A stretch of 64,000 nt of DNA. Source: an uncultured delta proteobacterium (GTDB lineage: Bacteria; Desulfobacterota; Syntrophobacteria; Syntrophobacterales; Syntrophobacteraceae). The stretch is from contig CAWEHK010000050.1 in assembly GCA_963808625.1 (NCBI GenBank), forward strand, positions 64,001-128,000. The letters run 5' to 3'. Positions within the stretch are counted from its first letter, which is position 1. Every line of letters begins with the position of its first letter. The notes below the pieces were generated by a model. That model was not told the origin of the DNA and did no database searches. It saw only the letters and a list, made by a program, of their open reading frames with translations. Shown one piece after another: positions 19,953-29,697 of the stretch. Made by a program: the position numbers and the translations under genes.

Positions 19953-21347
19953 TCACATACAGGGCCATAGGGGTTTGCCCGAAAATTGATCCGGGCCTGC
20001 TTTTGCATAAAGATCATCGATGAATCCGGTATCCAGATCGCCGTCCAGGTATTTCGGACTGCTCAAAATCAACAGGTTTGCAGGAATGGTTGTCTTAATC
20101 CCCTCGACGTGAAACTCAGACAGCGCTCTTACCAGCTTATCGACGGCATCCCGACGGGTCTCACCCCAGGCGATCACCTTCGCCAGCAGGGGATCATAAT
20201 AGGGGGGGACGGCCGCGCCGGCCTCCATGGCGTGGTCAATCCTGAGATAGGCGGGGTCGGTGGCGGGAAACCGCAGACTGCTGATCGTCCCCGGCGACGG
20301 GCAAAACGTCAGCGGGTCTTCAGCGTAGATCCTCGCCTCAATGGCATGCCCGCGCAAGCGGACATCCGCCTGCTGCAATTCCAGCCTCTCCCCCGAAGCG
20401 ATTCGCAGTTGCCGTTCCACGATGTCAATACCCGTCAGGAACTCCGTCACCGGGTGTTCCACCTGCAGCCTGGCATTGACCTCCATGAAGTAGAACTGTC
20501 CCTCAGCGGCACGCAGAAACTCCATGGTGCCCGCTCCCTGGTATCCCATGGCTCTGGCCAGCTTCGCGGTGCAATCGAAGAGCATCGCCCGATCCTTTTC
20601 ATCGACCACCGGTGAAGGCGATTCTTCGATGATTTTCTGATACCGCCTCTGGATGGAACATTCCCTTTCGCCCAGGCAAACACAATTGCCAAAGCCATCG
20701 GCAAGAAACTGGATTTCGATATGCCTGGGGTTGATCACTTCCTTTTCGAGGTAGCTTTCCGGATGACCAAAAGCCAGCATGCCGATTCGAGAGAGCCTCT
20801 CGAAAGCCTCCTTCGCCTGCACGGTCCTCCCGGACGACTTCAATGCCTTTGCCGCCACCTCCTTTGTCAAGCTTGAGCACGAGCGGGTAACCGTGTTCGG
20901 AAGCATAGCGGCAAATATCATCCGCGCCCGAGATGGTATCGATGGTTCCGGGTATGACCGGAACGCCTGCGTCCGTGGCAATTTTCCTGCAATAGCACTT
21001 GGAATCAATCGCCCTCAGGACGGCAGGCGGCGGCCCTACCCAGGTAATCCCATTGGCTGACAACCGCATCGGCAAACAAAGAATTCTCCGAAAGAAAACC
21101 GTATCCCGGGTGGATGGCGTCAGCTCCGGACTGCTTTCGCCGCATCAAGGATCGCCTCGATGTTGAGGTAGCTCTTGATCGGGTTTGAAGGGCCGATATG
21201 GAAAGCCTCGTCCGCCTCTTTCAGATAGAACATGTTGCGGTCGGCATCGGAGTAGACGGCAACGGTTTTGATGCCCAGTTTGCGGCACGTCTTCATGACC
21301 CGGACGACGATTTCCCCCCGGTTGGCAATAAGCAATTTCCTGATCAC
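19953..21347 (-). CDS. Biotin carboxylase, frameshifted
   Basis: KLLIANRGEI, HPGYGFLSE, GGGGKG, ERECSIQRR, EVNARLQVEHPVTE, YYDPLLAK. Confidence 0.9.
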
Positions 21348-21431
21348 TATCGCCTCTTCCTGTTGGGTTTCAAAACGGCTGTCATCGGCCTCGGCAAAAC
21401 CTGAAGATCCGTGAGCTCGAATCACGGACTA

Positions 21432-21660
21432 CTATTTGTGATCGACATCCATGATGATCATCGGGTTGCCGATTTCCATTTCATCCCATTCTTTGACGAG
21501 AATACTCTTGACGACTGCCATCATCGTCAGCACGAACGGAAAGCTCGGTCTTCATGCAATTGATGACCGCAACCTCCTGTCCCTTGGCAACCTTATCCCC
21601 TTCGTTAACCACCACGCGGGCAACAAGCCCCGGCATATGTGCATTTACTGATACTTCCAT
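21432..21660 (-). CDS. Stand-alone biotin/lipoyl carrier protein (about 75 aa), frameshifted near 21518
   Basis: Hand-translated MEVSVNAHMPGLVARVVVNEGDKVAKGQEVAVINCMKTELSVRA...G/VVKSILVKEWDEMEIG. Confidence 0.8.
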
Positions 21661-21677
21661 GATATTCTCCCCTAAAA

Positions 21678-21750
21678 TAGTGATTAGTGACTAGTGGCTA
21701 GTGGTTAGTTGACTAGTGACTAGTGACTAGTGACTAGTGGTTAGTGGCTC
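21678..21750. repeat. Heptamer array (TAGTGAC/TAGTGGT)n
   Basis: Read directly. Confidence 0.85.
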
Positions 21751-21762
21751 TGGGTCGCATGG

Positions 21763-22517
21763 TTATCGCATCTCGGCCAGTTTCTTCAACGGTATCCCGA
21801 CCCCTTCCAAGCCCGCCTTAACCGTCTTGACGACCTCGGCGGCATTGGGCGAGTCGCCGTGACAGCAAATGGTGTCGCCTTCGGCGCTGATCCGTCTTGC
21901 CGCTGATGGTCGTGATCTGTTTGTCCCTGGCCACCATGATCGCCCGTTCCGCAACTTCTTCCGGAGAGCGGGCCTTCTTGGTGCGCTCCAAAACCCAATT
22001 CCCCTCATCGTCGTAGCTGAGATCAATCAGGATTTCAGCCGCCATCTTCAGGCCCAATTCCCTGCCGCGCTTCCAGATGAGCGTATCCCTCGGGATCATG
22101 ATGAAAAGCTCACGATCAAAGAGCGCCACGGCCTCGAGAAAGGCTTCAGCATAGCGGGGATCGTCTGAAACCATGCGGTAGAGGATCCCGTGGGGTTTGA
22201 CGTGCTGCATCTTCATGCCGTTCACCCGCAGCATGGCCTCGAGCGCCCCCAGCTGATAGAGGGTATCGCACTTCAACTCATCGGGCGTGATTTCCATGCG
22301 CCTTCGCCCGAAGCCCCTGAGGTCCTGAAGACCGGTATGGGCCCCCACGGCGACGTCATACTTTTTGGCGAGCTGGACGGTTTCCTGCATCACCAGCGGG
22401 ATCGCCCGCATGAAACCCGCAGGCGACGTTGGCGGAGGTAATATACTTCATCACCTCTTCGTCATTCCCCAGCTTGTACCTCCCGAAGCTCTCACCCATG
22501 TCAACATTGAGGTCCAT
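21763..22517 (-). CDS. pxpA: LamB/YcsF (PxpA)-family protein, frameshifted twice
   Basis: [49 protein letters not shown]. Confidence 0.9.
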
Positions 22518-22656
22518 CGTCGTATCCTCCCTCTACTACCAACGTTCAAATTGTCTAAATTTTACCAAGATTTTTCCCTAAATCCTTGTTTTCTCTGCGA
22601 CCTCTGCGTCTCTGCGGTGATTCTTTTGGTTACGGCCGTCGCCTGCCCTGCGAAAG

Positions 22657-23641
22657 CTACGCCAGTGACTTTTCACTCAACCACTCGCGCTGTTGCTTGC
22701 GCGCTTGCGTGGCTTCGTCCTGGGTGCAATAGGCAAATCGCATAAAGTCCCGGCCCGGGGTGCCCTGGCCGATTTTCCACAAATCCGCGTTGATTACCGT
22801 CAGTGCGCACATATATCCGCCGAGGGTCGGACCGTCGGCAATCAGAAGGATCGGGGTATTGCCGCAGATATTTAAGCGCTCCGCGAATCGCATAGGCATG
22901 ATCGAGGACATTGGAAGGATGGCTTCCGGCGACCCCGCCGTCTTTTCGCGCAAAAGCCAGGTCTTTGGCTTCCGCCAGGCGATAGGCGGAGCGATTGGAA
23001 CTGTGCTGGACCCGGAAGGAATTGGAGAAAAGAAAGTCCATCCCTTCTTTGGTCAGGTAGTCGGGCGAAGCGTTCGGACCGGGGATGGCGCGCAGCACCC
23101 ATTCTCTGCCGTATTCCGGCATCGCTCCGGCCTTCACTTTGCGGCCCTTCAGACTGTTCAGCTCCCGGGACGGCTTGCCGAACTTCAGCACGTCCCCTTC
23201 CTGCAGCTTCCGGCCTTCAAACCCGCCATAGCTTCCGAAGAGGCAGGTCGACTTGCTGCCCAGATAAACGGGAACATCAATGCCACCGGCAACGCCGAGA
23301 TAAGACCGAAACCCGAACTCGCCAAAATGAGAAACCTTGATCACATCGCCCTTGCTCACGGCCACCGCTTCCCACATGGGAATGGGCTGACCATTGACGG
23401 TGGGCTTCATGTCCGTCCCGGTAAAACTGATGACCGTATCGGCCCCGAATTCCGCCTCGAAATAGCCGCCCGCAATCTCGATGCCGGCTTCCCCCGGAGG
23501 GTTCCCCACCAGCAGGTTGGCAAACCCCAGGGCAACATTATCAAAGGCCCCGGAAGAAGCCATTCCATTGTCCAGGTAGCCGATTCTTCCCGGCCAGTCT
23601 TCAACGACCGTCTCAATCCCACCATTGATGACTTTCAACAT
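22657..23641 (-). CDS. PxpC / KipA / carboxyltransferase subdomain A-B protein, frameshifted near 22875
   Basis: DWPGRIGY, ANLLVGN, YLGVAGGIDVP..LGSKST, DGPTLGGY. Confidence 0.88.
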
Positions 23642-23666
23642 GGCTGTTTCCTCCTAACCAGATAAT

Positions 23667-24653
23667 TTATACCTTGGGCGCAATCTTGGTGCCGGCTTCC
23701 TGCTTGGCGAGGAGCTCCTTCACTTCTTTCTGAACCCCACCGGAATTGTAGAAATCCAGCCAATCCTTGACGACAAATTTCCCGGGCTTGATGTCATAGT
23801 CATAGTCGCCAAGCTCATGGACGCGTCGATGGATCTCGAGGATTTCCGGTTCGCTCACCTCATGGAACTTGATCCGGTCGCCGGCTTTGAAGAAGGTCGG
23901 ACTTTCTTTGAAGAGGGGATGTTTTTGAGCGAACTGGAAGATGGGGATGGTTCTGCCAAAGAGCTGGTAGCCTCCTCCGGTCGGCGTCGGATAGACATAG
24001 AGGCAGGGTCCCCCGATGCCCACGGTGGACTCCGGCGTCCACGTCCTGGGCGGATTATACTTGGGAACCACAATGGCGCACCGCGGATCGAGCGGCCAGA
24101 AGAAGCCGCCGCCCGGCCAAAAGCCGTTGCCGCTGTTATACCATTCGGTCCCGCACACCATCTGCTTGATGCCGTCCACCGAAACCCCGTTGCACAGGGC
24201 CATGTATTCGATGTTGTAGCCATTGATGACATTGGGCGCCTCGGGCCTCACTTCCTTCACGTACTTGGCCACAGCCTTTTTGGTTTCGCTGTCCTCGAAG
24301 GCGATGGGAAGAGAAATGAGGCGGGATTCAAACTCGATGTCTTCGACATGGGCCAGTTTCTCTTCTTCCTCTTCGATGGCGGCGATCAATTTGGGAAATG
24401 ACAGCACTTCGGGGTCAAAATGGAAGAGATTGGTCCTGATGCCCGGTACGGTCTCGTACAATCCCCTTATCTTCTTGGCCTTAACGGCATCATTGATGGT
24501 TAGCGTGCGAAATGAGTCGACCAGGTTAAATCGCGGCACCGAGCCATATTCAACCTGGAGGAAGCCATCCCCGGCTTGCCTGAACAGAACCTCCGGTCGT
24601 GAGTCAGCTTCGGGTAAACGATCCAAAATAACATCATAATGCTTCTGATCCAT
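23667..24653 (-). CDS. PxpB / KipI / carboxyltransferase subdomain C-D protein (long, urea-carboxylase-like)
   Basis: FRQAGD..LQVEYG, GFWPG, PKYNPPRTWTP..TVGIGG, PTGGGYQLFGRTIPI. Confidence 0.88.
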   Translation of the reverse strand: MDQKHYDVILDRLPEADSRPEVLFRQAGDGFLQVEYGSVPRFNLVDSFRTLTINDAVKAKKIRGLYETVPGIRTNLFHFDPEVLSFPKLIAAIEEEEEKLAHVEDIEFESRLISLPIAFEDSETKKAVAKYVKEVRPEAPNVINGYNIEYMALCNGVSVDGIKQMVCGTEWYNSGNGFWPGGGFFWPLDPRCAIVVPKYNPPRTWTPESTVGIGGPCLYVYPTPTGGGYQLFGRTIPIFQFAQKHPLFKESPTFFKAGDRIKFHEVSEPEILEIHRRVHELGDYDYDIKPGKFVVKDWLDFYNSGGVQKEVKELLAKQEAGTKIAPKV

Positions 24654-24955
24654 AATGCAGTACCTCCCACTCGAGTGGACGTTAGTGCTGCCAAGCCATG
24701 TGGCCACTGCCCCTCATGACGCCTGACAGCAGTGACCTGCCCTGCACCTGCTTTCCTTTAGGCTGATTCCTCCTCTTCGCAGTTAGGCCAGCTCAAAACT
24801 CCTTTCCACACTTCAAATCTCCTAACAACTATCTGGTATTTTTCAGGTTTTGTCCGTGACATCAAATCGGAAGGATGTTAATTATGTACTTTAAAATGAT
24901 TCGCTACGTTTTTGCAATTGTTAAAGTGCAATTGTTTTGGATTGGCTGAAGACAA

Positions 24956-26707
24956 GTGAAAACTACCATAAGCGGCGATGAGATCCTCAATGCCAGCAGC
25001 CACGGCGTGATCGCGACCGACTCCCGGGGGATTATCCTTTTTGCAAACGCCCAGGTCGAGAAGTTTTTTGGCCTTCACTCCGGGGACATTTTGGGGACTG
25101 ACATCAGCGAGGTCCTCCCAAGCTCAGCTCCCCTCGTGATGACATCGCTCGCCTCGGGAACTCCGCAACTGGGGCGCTATGTCCACGGAAAAGACCGGGA
25201 ACTCCTGCTCAACATTACCTTGATTCGGGGATCGGACGGGACCAAAGGGGCGGTGTGCAGCTTTCAGGAAATGGAGCAGCTTGAGTTTTCGGCGCGGAAG
25301 CTCGAATCCTATAAACACCTCAACCGGCAGTTGCACGCCATTTTTCAATCGTCTTCGGATGGCATCTGGGTTTGCGACGGTCAGGGCAAGGTCATCAATG
25401 TCAATGAAGCGTCCGAAAAGCTGAACGGTATCAAGGCTGCTGACGTCATTGGAAGGACGGTTTCGGAGATCCTTGCCAAAAGGTGGTTTGACCGCTCGGT
25501 CACCCTTGAAGTGCTTGAAACCAAGCGCCAGGTCAGCATCATCCAGCACTTGAAACGGACTCAGAAGATCCTGCTGGTGACCGGCACCCCGGTGTTCGAC
25601 GAGACCGGAAACATTTCCATGGTGGTGGTCAATGAACGGGACATGACCCAGCTCAATGCCATCCGGGAACAATTGGAACAGTCCCGCCTGGTAACGGAGA
25701 AATATCAGGAAGAACTGGCTGAGCTGAGCCTCCTGGAACTGAAAAAGCAGGAGATCATCGCCAGCAGCAGCCAGATGCGGCAGGTCCTGAGGATCGGCCT
25801 GAAACTGGCCCACCTGGAAGCCTCCAACATTCTGATCCTGGGCGAATCGGGAACCGGCAAGGGGCTTTTGGCAAAGTTCATCCACAAGAACAGCAAACGA
25901 GAACACAAGCCCTTTGTGCAGATCAATTGCGCGGCCCTGCCCGAAAATCTCCTGGAGGCGGAACTGTTCGGCTACGAGCGGGGGGCGTTTACCGGCGCCC
26001 GCGAACAGGGGAAAATCGGCCTCTTCGAACTGGCCCACGACGGCACCCTCTTTCTCGATGAAATTGGCGACCTTCCCTTTTCGGTCCAGGCCAAGCTCCT
26101 AAAATACCTCGACGACCAGGAAATCATGCGGCTGGGCAGCCTGAAGCCGAGGAGGATCAACTGCACGGTCATCGCCGCGACCAACCACGACCTCGAAGAT
26201 CTGACGCGGCGCAATCAGTTCCGCCAGGACCTCTTCTACCGCCTGAATACTTTTACCATCCGCATCCCTCCCCTGCGCGAACGGCCCGAGGACGTGTTCG
26301 AACTGGTGAATTATTTCTTACGCAAGTACAACCGCGCTTATCACCTCAAGCGGCGGGTCTCTCCGGAAGCGCTCAAGATCTTGCAATCCCACCCCTTTCC
26401 CGGAAACGTGCGAGAGCTGAAAAACATTCTGAAAACGGCGGTTTTGATGGGTGAACAGGAGGTCGTGGATGATTTTGTCATCAGCGGTCTGGGGGTTAGA
26501 GTCGAGAAACCGGCGGCACCAAAGAAGGTGTTAAAAGACAACGCCTCCCTCAACGACGAGATCGGAGCGCTGGAAAAAGAGATTCTGGAGAAGGCCCTCG
26601 TCCAGTTCAAAACGACCAGAGAATTGGCGCGGCAGCTCGGCATCAGTCAACCGACCGTGGTGCGCAAGCTCAAGAAATACGCTCTCTCCTCGCGTGTGAT
26701 TCATTAG
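24956..26707 (+). CDS. Sigma54-dependent transcriptional activator (two PAS, AAA+, HTH)
   Basis: GESGTGK, ELFGYERGAFTGA, LFLDEIG, FPGNVREL; C-terminal HTH. Confidence 0.95.
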   Translation: MKTTISGDEILNASSHGVIATDSRGIILFANAQVEKFFGLHSGDILGTDISEVLPSSAPLVMTSLASGTPQLGRYVHGKDRELLLNITLIRGSDGTKGAVCSFQEMEQLEFSARKLESYKHLNRQLHAIFQSSSDGIWVCDGQGKVINVNEASEKLNGIKAADVIGRTVSEILAKRWFDRSVTLEVLETKRQVSIIQHLKRTQKILLVTGTPVFDETGNISMVVVNERDMTQLNAIREQLEQSRLVTEKYQEELAELSLLELKKQEIIASSSQMRQVLRIGLKLAHLEASNILILGESGTGKGLLAKFIHKNSKREHKPFVQINCAALPENLLEAELFGYERGAFTGAREQGKIGLFELAHDGTLFLDEIGDLPFSVQAKLLKYLDDQEIMRLGSLKPRRINCTVIAATNHDLEDLTRRNQFRQDLFYRLNTFTIRIPPLRERPEDVFELVNYFLRKYNRAYHLKRRVSPEALKILQSHPFPGNVRELKNILKTAVLMGEQEVVDDFVISGLGVRVEKPAAPKKVLKDNASLNDEIGALEKEILEKALVQFKTTRELARQLGISQPTVVRKLKKYALSSRVIH

Positions 26708-26857
26708 TAAATCACCCTGCCTACCACCATATAATCAATGAAGCGAAGCCGCTACAAGATATTTTGATCCATTAATGAATCATGTCAGACGACTCACTTC
26801 GTTGCGTTTTGGTGTGGGTCTGTCTTGAGTTCGGTTTTAAACCGCCATTCATCATGC

Positions 26858-27001
26858 CTGGTACACGTGGGCGGAAATCGGTAGCCAGTTCCGGTGGGCA
26901 CGGTGAAGCTGTGCCCACCCTACAGTGTTTCCGGTTCCGTAGGGTGGGCAGTCTTTTTTGCCCACCGGAAACATGCACTAATTTATGCCGGTGTGTACTA
27001 G
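26858..27001. mobile_element. About 145-bp REPIN/MITE-like element with two inverted GTAG-type REPs
   Basis: GGTGGGCAC...GTGCCCACCCTAC and GTAGGGTGGGCA...TGCCCACC; ends CTGGTACAC and GTGTACTAG; degenerate second copy at 38519-38660. Confidence 0.7.
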
Positions 27002-27035
27002 GAGGTTGCTGAAAAAGTGTCGCAAGGCCCCCCTC

Positions 27036-27106
27036 CGTCATTCCGGTGAAAACCGGAATCCAGGCTCTGCAGGGTTTTCTGGACCCCGGCTTCCGCCGGG
27101 GTGACG
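27036..27106. repeat. CGTC-type REP doublet
   Basis: CGTCATTCCGGTGAAAACCGGAATCCAG...CTGGACCCCGGCTTCCGCCGGGGTGACG. Confidence 0.75.
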
Positions 27107-27256
27107 TTGGGAGAGGATCTTTCAACTCCGGCGAGGATTTGCAACATCGGAAGACCCCCGCTTTGATTCATAGATGCATCGATAACGGCTTTCCACCACC
27201 ACCTTGCATGGTATCGTCGCCGTTCCCTGTCTTACGTTGTCTTACCGCACAACACT

Positions 27257-27271
27257 TGGCACGACATTTGC
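27257..27271 (+). promoter_or_regulatory. Sigma54 -24/-12 promoter of gabT
   Basis: TGGCACGACATTTGC, near consensus, about 70 nt upstream of the ATG. Confidence 0.85.
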
Positions 27272-27338
27272 CCAAGAAGGCTACGGCACTCTCGCCGGGC
27301 ATCGAGAAGAAGATTCAACTGAAACAACAGGAGTGGTT

Positions 27339-28649
27339 ATGAGTAGTTCCAAATCCAGTGCGCTCTTGGCAGAGCTGCGGGCAAACTTTGTCCCGCAGGG
27401 TCCCTTCAATGTTACGCCCTACTTTGTCGAGAGGGCAAAAGGGGCCGTCGTTTATGATGTCGACGGCCGCGAACTGATTGACTTTGCCGGCGGCATCGGC
27501 GTCATGAATGTCGGCCACAGTCACCCGAAAGTGGTCGCAGCCATCAAAGAGCAGGTTGAGAAGTTTACCCACACCTGCTTTCACATCGTCATGTATGAGC
27601 CCTACCTCAAGCTGGCGGAAAAACTGTGCGCCCTGACGCCGGGATCGTTCCCCAAGATGGCCCTGTTTGCCAACAGCGGCGCCGAAGCCGTGGAAAATGC
27701 GGTAAAGATCTCGCGGCATTACACCAAACGGCAGGGTATTATCTGCTTTGATAACGGGTTTCACGGCCGCACTTACATGGCCATGACCCTCACGAGCAAA
27801 GTCAAGCCCTACAAGTTTGGGTTCGGCCCCTTCATGTCCGACGTCTACCGCATGCCTTGCGCTTACTGCTACCGCTGTCCTTTCGGTCTCACCTACCCCG
27901 CTTGCGATGTGGCCTGCGCCGACTATCTGAAGGACTTTTTTATCGGTCATGTCGCAGCCGAGAGCACGGCCGCATTGATTGTCGAGCCCGTCATGGGGGA
28001 AGGCGGCTTCATTACCCCGCCGCCCGAGTATTTTCCCAAGTTGATCAAAATCTGCCAGGACAACGGCATTGTTTTTGTGGCCGACGAGATTCAAAGTGGT
28101 GTTGGGCGCACCGGGACGATGTTTGCCATGGAACACTGGGGCATCGAACCCGACCTCCTGCTCACCGCCAAGAGCATGGCTGCCGGCATGCCGTTGAGCG
28201 CCGTAGTGGGCCGAGCGGAAATGATGAACGCACCGCAGGTTGGCGGATTGGGTGGCACCTATGGCGGCAACCCTGTTTGCTGCAGCGCCGCCCTGGCAGT
28301 TCTGGAAATCTTTGAAGAAGAAAAGCTTTTGGAAAAGTCCCAGGCTCTTGGCAAGAAACTTCGGGAACGTTTCGAAGCGATGCAGAAGCGGTTGGAGATC
28401 ATCGGCGATGTCCGCGGCATTGGCCCCATGCTCGCCCTGGAACTCGTCAAGGATCGCGTAACCAAAGAACCGGCCGCCGACGTGGCCAAAGCCCTGGTGA
28501 AATTCTGCTATGAGAAGGGGCTGGTGATCCTCTCCTGCGGCAACTTCAGCAACGTTATTCGGACCCTCATGCCGCTCGTCATTACCGACGAGCAACTGGA
28601 GCGCGGCCTGGCGATCATGGAAGAAGGGTTAACGACCCTTTCGAAGTGA
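27339..28649 (+). CDS. gabT: 4-aminobutyrate/5-aminovalerate aminotransferase (class III PLP)
   Basis: IDFAGGIGVMNVGH, NSGAEAVENAVK, FHGRT, DEIQSG, AKSMAAG, GGLGGTYGGNP. Confidence 0.92.
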   Translation: MSSSKSSALLAELRANFVPQGPFNVTPYFVERAKGAVVYDVDGRELIDFAGGIGVMNVGHSHPKVVAAIKEQVEKFTHTCFHIVMYEPYLKLAEKLCALTPGSFPKMALFANSGAEAVENAVKISRHYTKRQGIICFDNGFHGRTYMAMTLTSKVKPYKFGFGPFMSDVYRMPCAYCYRCPFGLTYPACDVACADYLKDFFIGHVAAESTAALIVEPVMGEGGFITPPPEYFPKLIKICQDNGIVFVADEIQSGVGRTGTMFAMEHWGIEPDLLLTAKSMAAGMPLSAVVGRAEMMNAPQVGGLGGTYGGNPVCCSAALAVLEIFEEEKLLEKSQALGKKLRERFEAMQKRLEIIGDVRGIGPMLALELVKDRVTKEPAADVAKALVKFCYEKGLVILSCGNFSNVIRTLMPLVITDEQLERGLAIMEEGLTTLSK

Positions 28650-28865
28650 TTTCGGATGGTGGATGGCGGATTTCGGATTCGGATTTCGGATTTCGGATGG
28701 TGGATGGTGGATGGTGGATGGCGGATTTCGGATTTCGGATGTCGGATTTCGGATGGTGGATGGCGGATGGCGGATTTCGGATTCGGATGGTGGATGGTGG
28801 ATGGCGGATGTCGGATTTCGGATGGTGGATTGCGGATGTCGGATTTCGGATGGCGGATGGCGGAA
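28648..28865. repeat. Long heptamer array (GGATTTC/GGATGGT/GGATGGC)n
   Basis: About 30 units starting at the gabT stop codon. Confidence 0.92.
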
Positions 28866-29064
28866 GGAAGAGCAATGGGTCCTTCGAAATGGAAATTTCC
28901 CAGGCGTCAGGCCCTGGGGGTAAGGCGGGGAGGCATCTAGCGCACGGCGAGGGGCGTATCTGTTGAAAGAATAGGCCTCCCGACGCGGTCGTAACGGTTG
29001 CCGTTCGTTGTCGACCGTCGACAAAATTGGATATTGCGGATGCTGAGGGTAAAGGTAACTGACC

Positions 29065-29103
29065 TCACTCAGCACCCAGCACCCAGAACTCAGCACTCAG
29101 CAC
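29065..29103. repeat. Heptamer array (CAGCACT)n
   Basis: Same unit as 1089-1140. Confidence 0.8.
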
Positions 29104-29113
29104 TGTTTTTCGA

Positions 29114-29434
29114 ATGACCGCTGCAACGAAAGCCGATTCGCTCACTTTTGAAAAGATCAAACAGGGGCTGGACCCGGCCCACAGTTATATGGTCTTTGAG
29201 CGGCTCACCGTGGAGAAAGCGGAAAGCGCTTTCCAGGAGGTTTTCAAGGCCCTCGCGCGCATGGATTTTGGCTTTTACGAACGGCAGGTGCTCCATGACC
29301 AAGCCAGGGGGCGCCTGCTCCTGGTGGTAAAATTCGGTCCTGGCCGGATTGACAGCATTATGCAGGAGTTTTTGAATATCGGGCTGCCGGAAGACATAAC
29401 TTTTTATGCGTATGGCAGCCACAGCGCTGGTTAG
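29114..29434 (+). CDS. Hypothetical protein (106 aa)
   Basis: Protein-like ORF lying between gabT and the ABC transporter. Confidence 0.65.
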   Translation: MTAATKADSLTFEKIKQGLDPAHSYMVFERLTVEKAESAFQEVFKALARMDFGFYERQVLHDQARGRLLLVVKFGPGRIDSIMQEFLNIGLPEDITFYAYGSHSAG

Positions 29435-29462
29435 GAATTGTCCAAAAATGAGACATCTTTTT

Positions 29463-29532
29463 ACCACGAAGGACCCGAAGAGCACCGAAGAAGAGGAAGT
29501 AATTTCTTCGTGCTCTTCGGGTCCTTCGTGGT
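29463..29532. repeat. Inverted repeat built of approximately 9-mer units (ACCACGAAGGACCCGAAGAGCAC arms)
   Basis: 23-bp perfect arms. Confidence 0.8.
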
Positions 29533-29697
29533 TTGAGAGAGGGTCCGGGTGAGAGCAAGTTGTTTTTGGACGAGCCTTTAGAGTTGCCCGGTGGGAGATG
29601 ATCTTTTTACAGTTCTCCGAGCTGTCCAGTAGGGCCGGGCGCGTTGGCTATGGGAAGAGCAGCATCAGGTATAACGTTATTTCAAGGGAGGAACCGT

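Larger units (their letters stand above)
26697..27181. promoter_or_regulatory. Three copies of an 18-bp palindrome TGATTCAT-N2-ATGAATCA (26697, 26765, 27164), candidate activator sites
   Basis: TGATTCATTAGTAAATCA; TGATCCATTAATGAATCA; TGATTCATAGATGCATCG. Confidence 0.6.

Noticed and set aside
24654..24955. Sigma54 promoter for the pxp operon
   Set aside because: The best minus-strand candidates (TTGGCAGCACTAACGT, AGGGCAGGTCACTGC) deviate from the consensus and are not supportable.
28648..28865. Possible CRISPR array
   Set aside because: Contiguous 7-mers with no unique spacers, and no cas genes in the window.
28615..29096. Low-complexity ORFs in several frames (e.g. ISDFGFRMVDGG, IRNPKS), also at 4328-4853, 11013-11586 and 31892-32290
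   Set aside because: These are translations of heptamer arrays, not genes.
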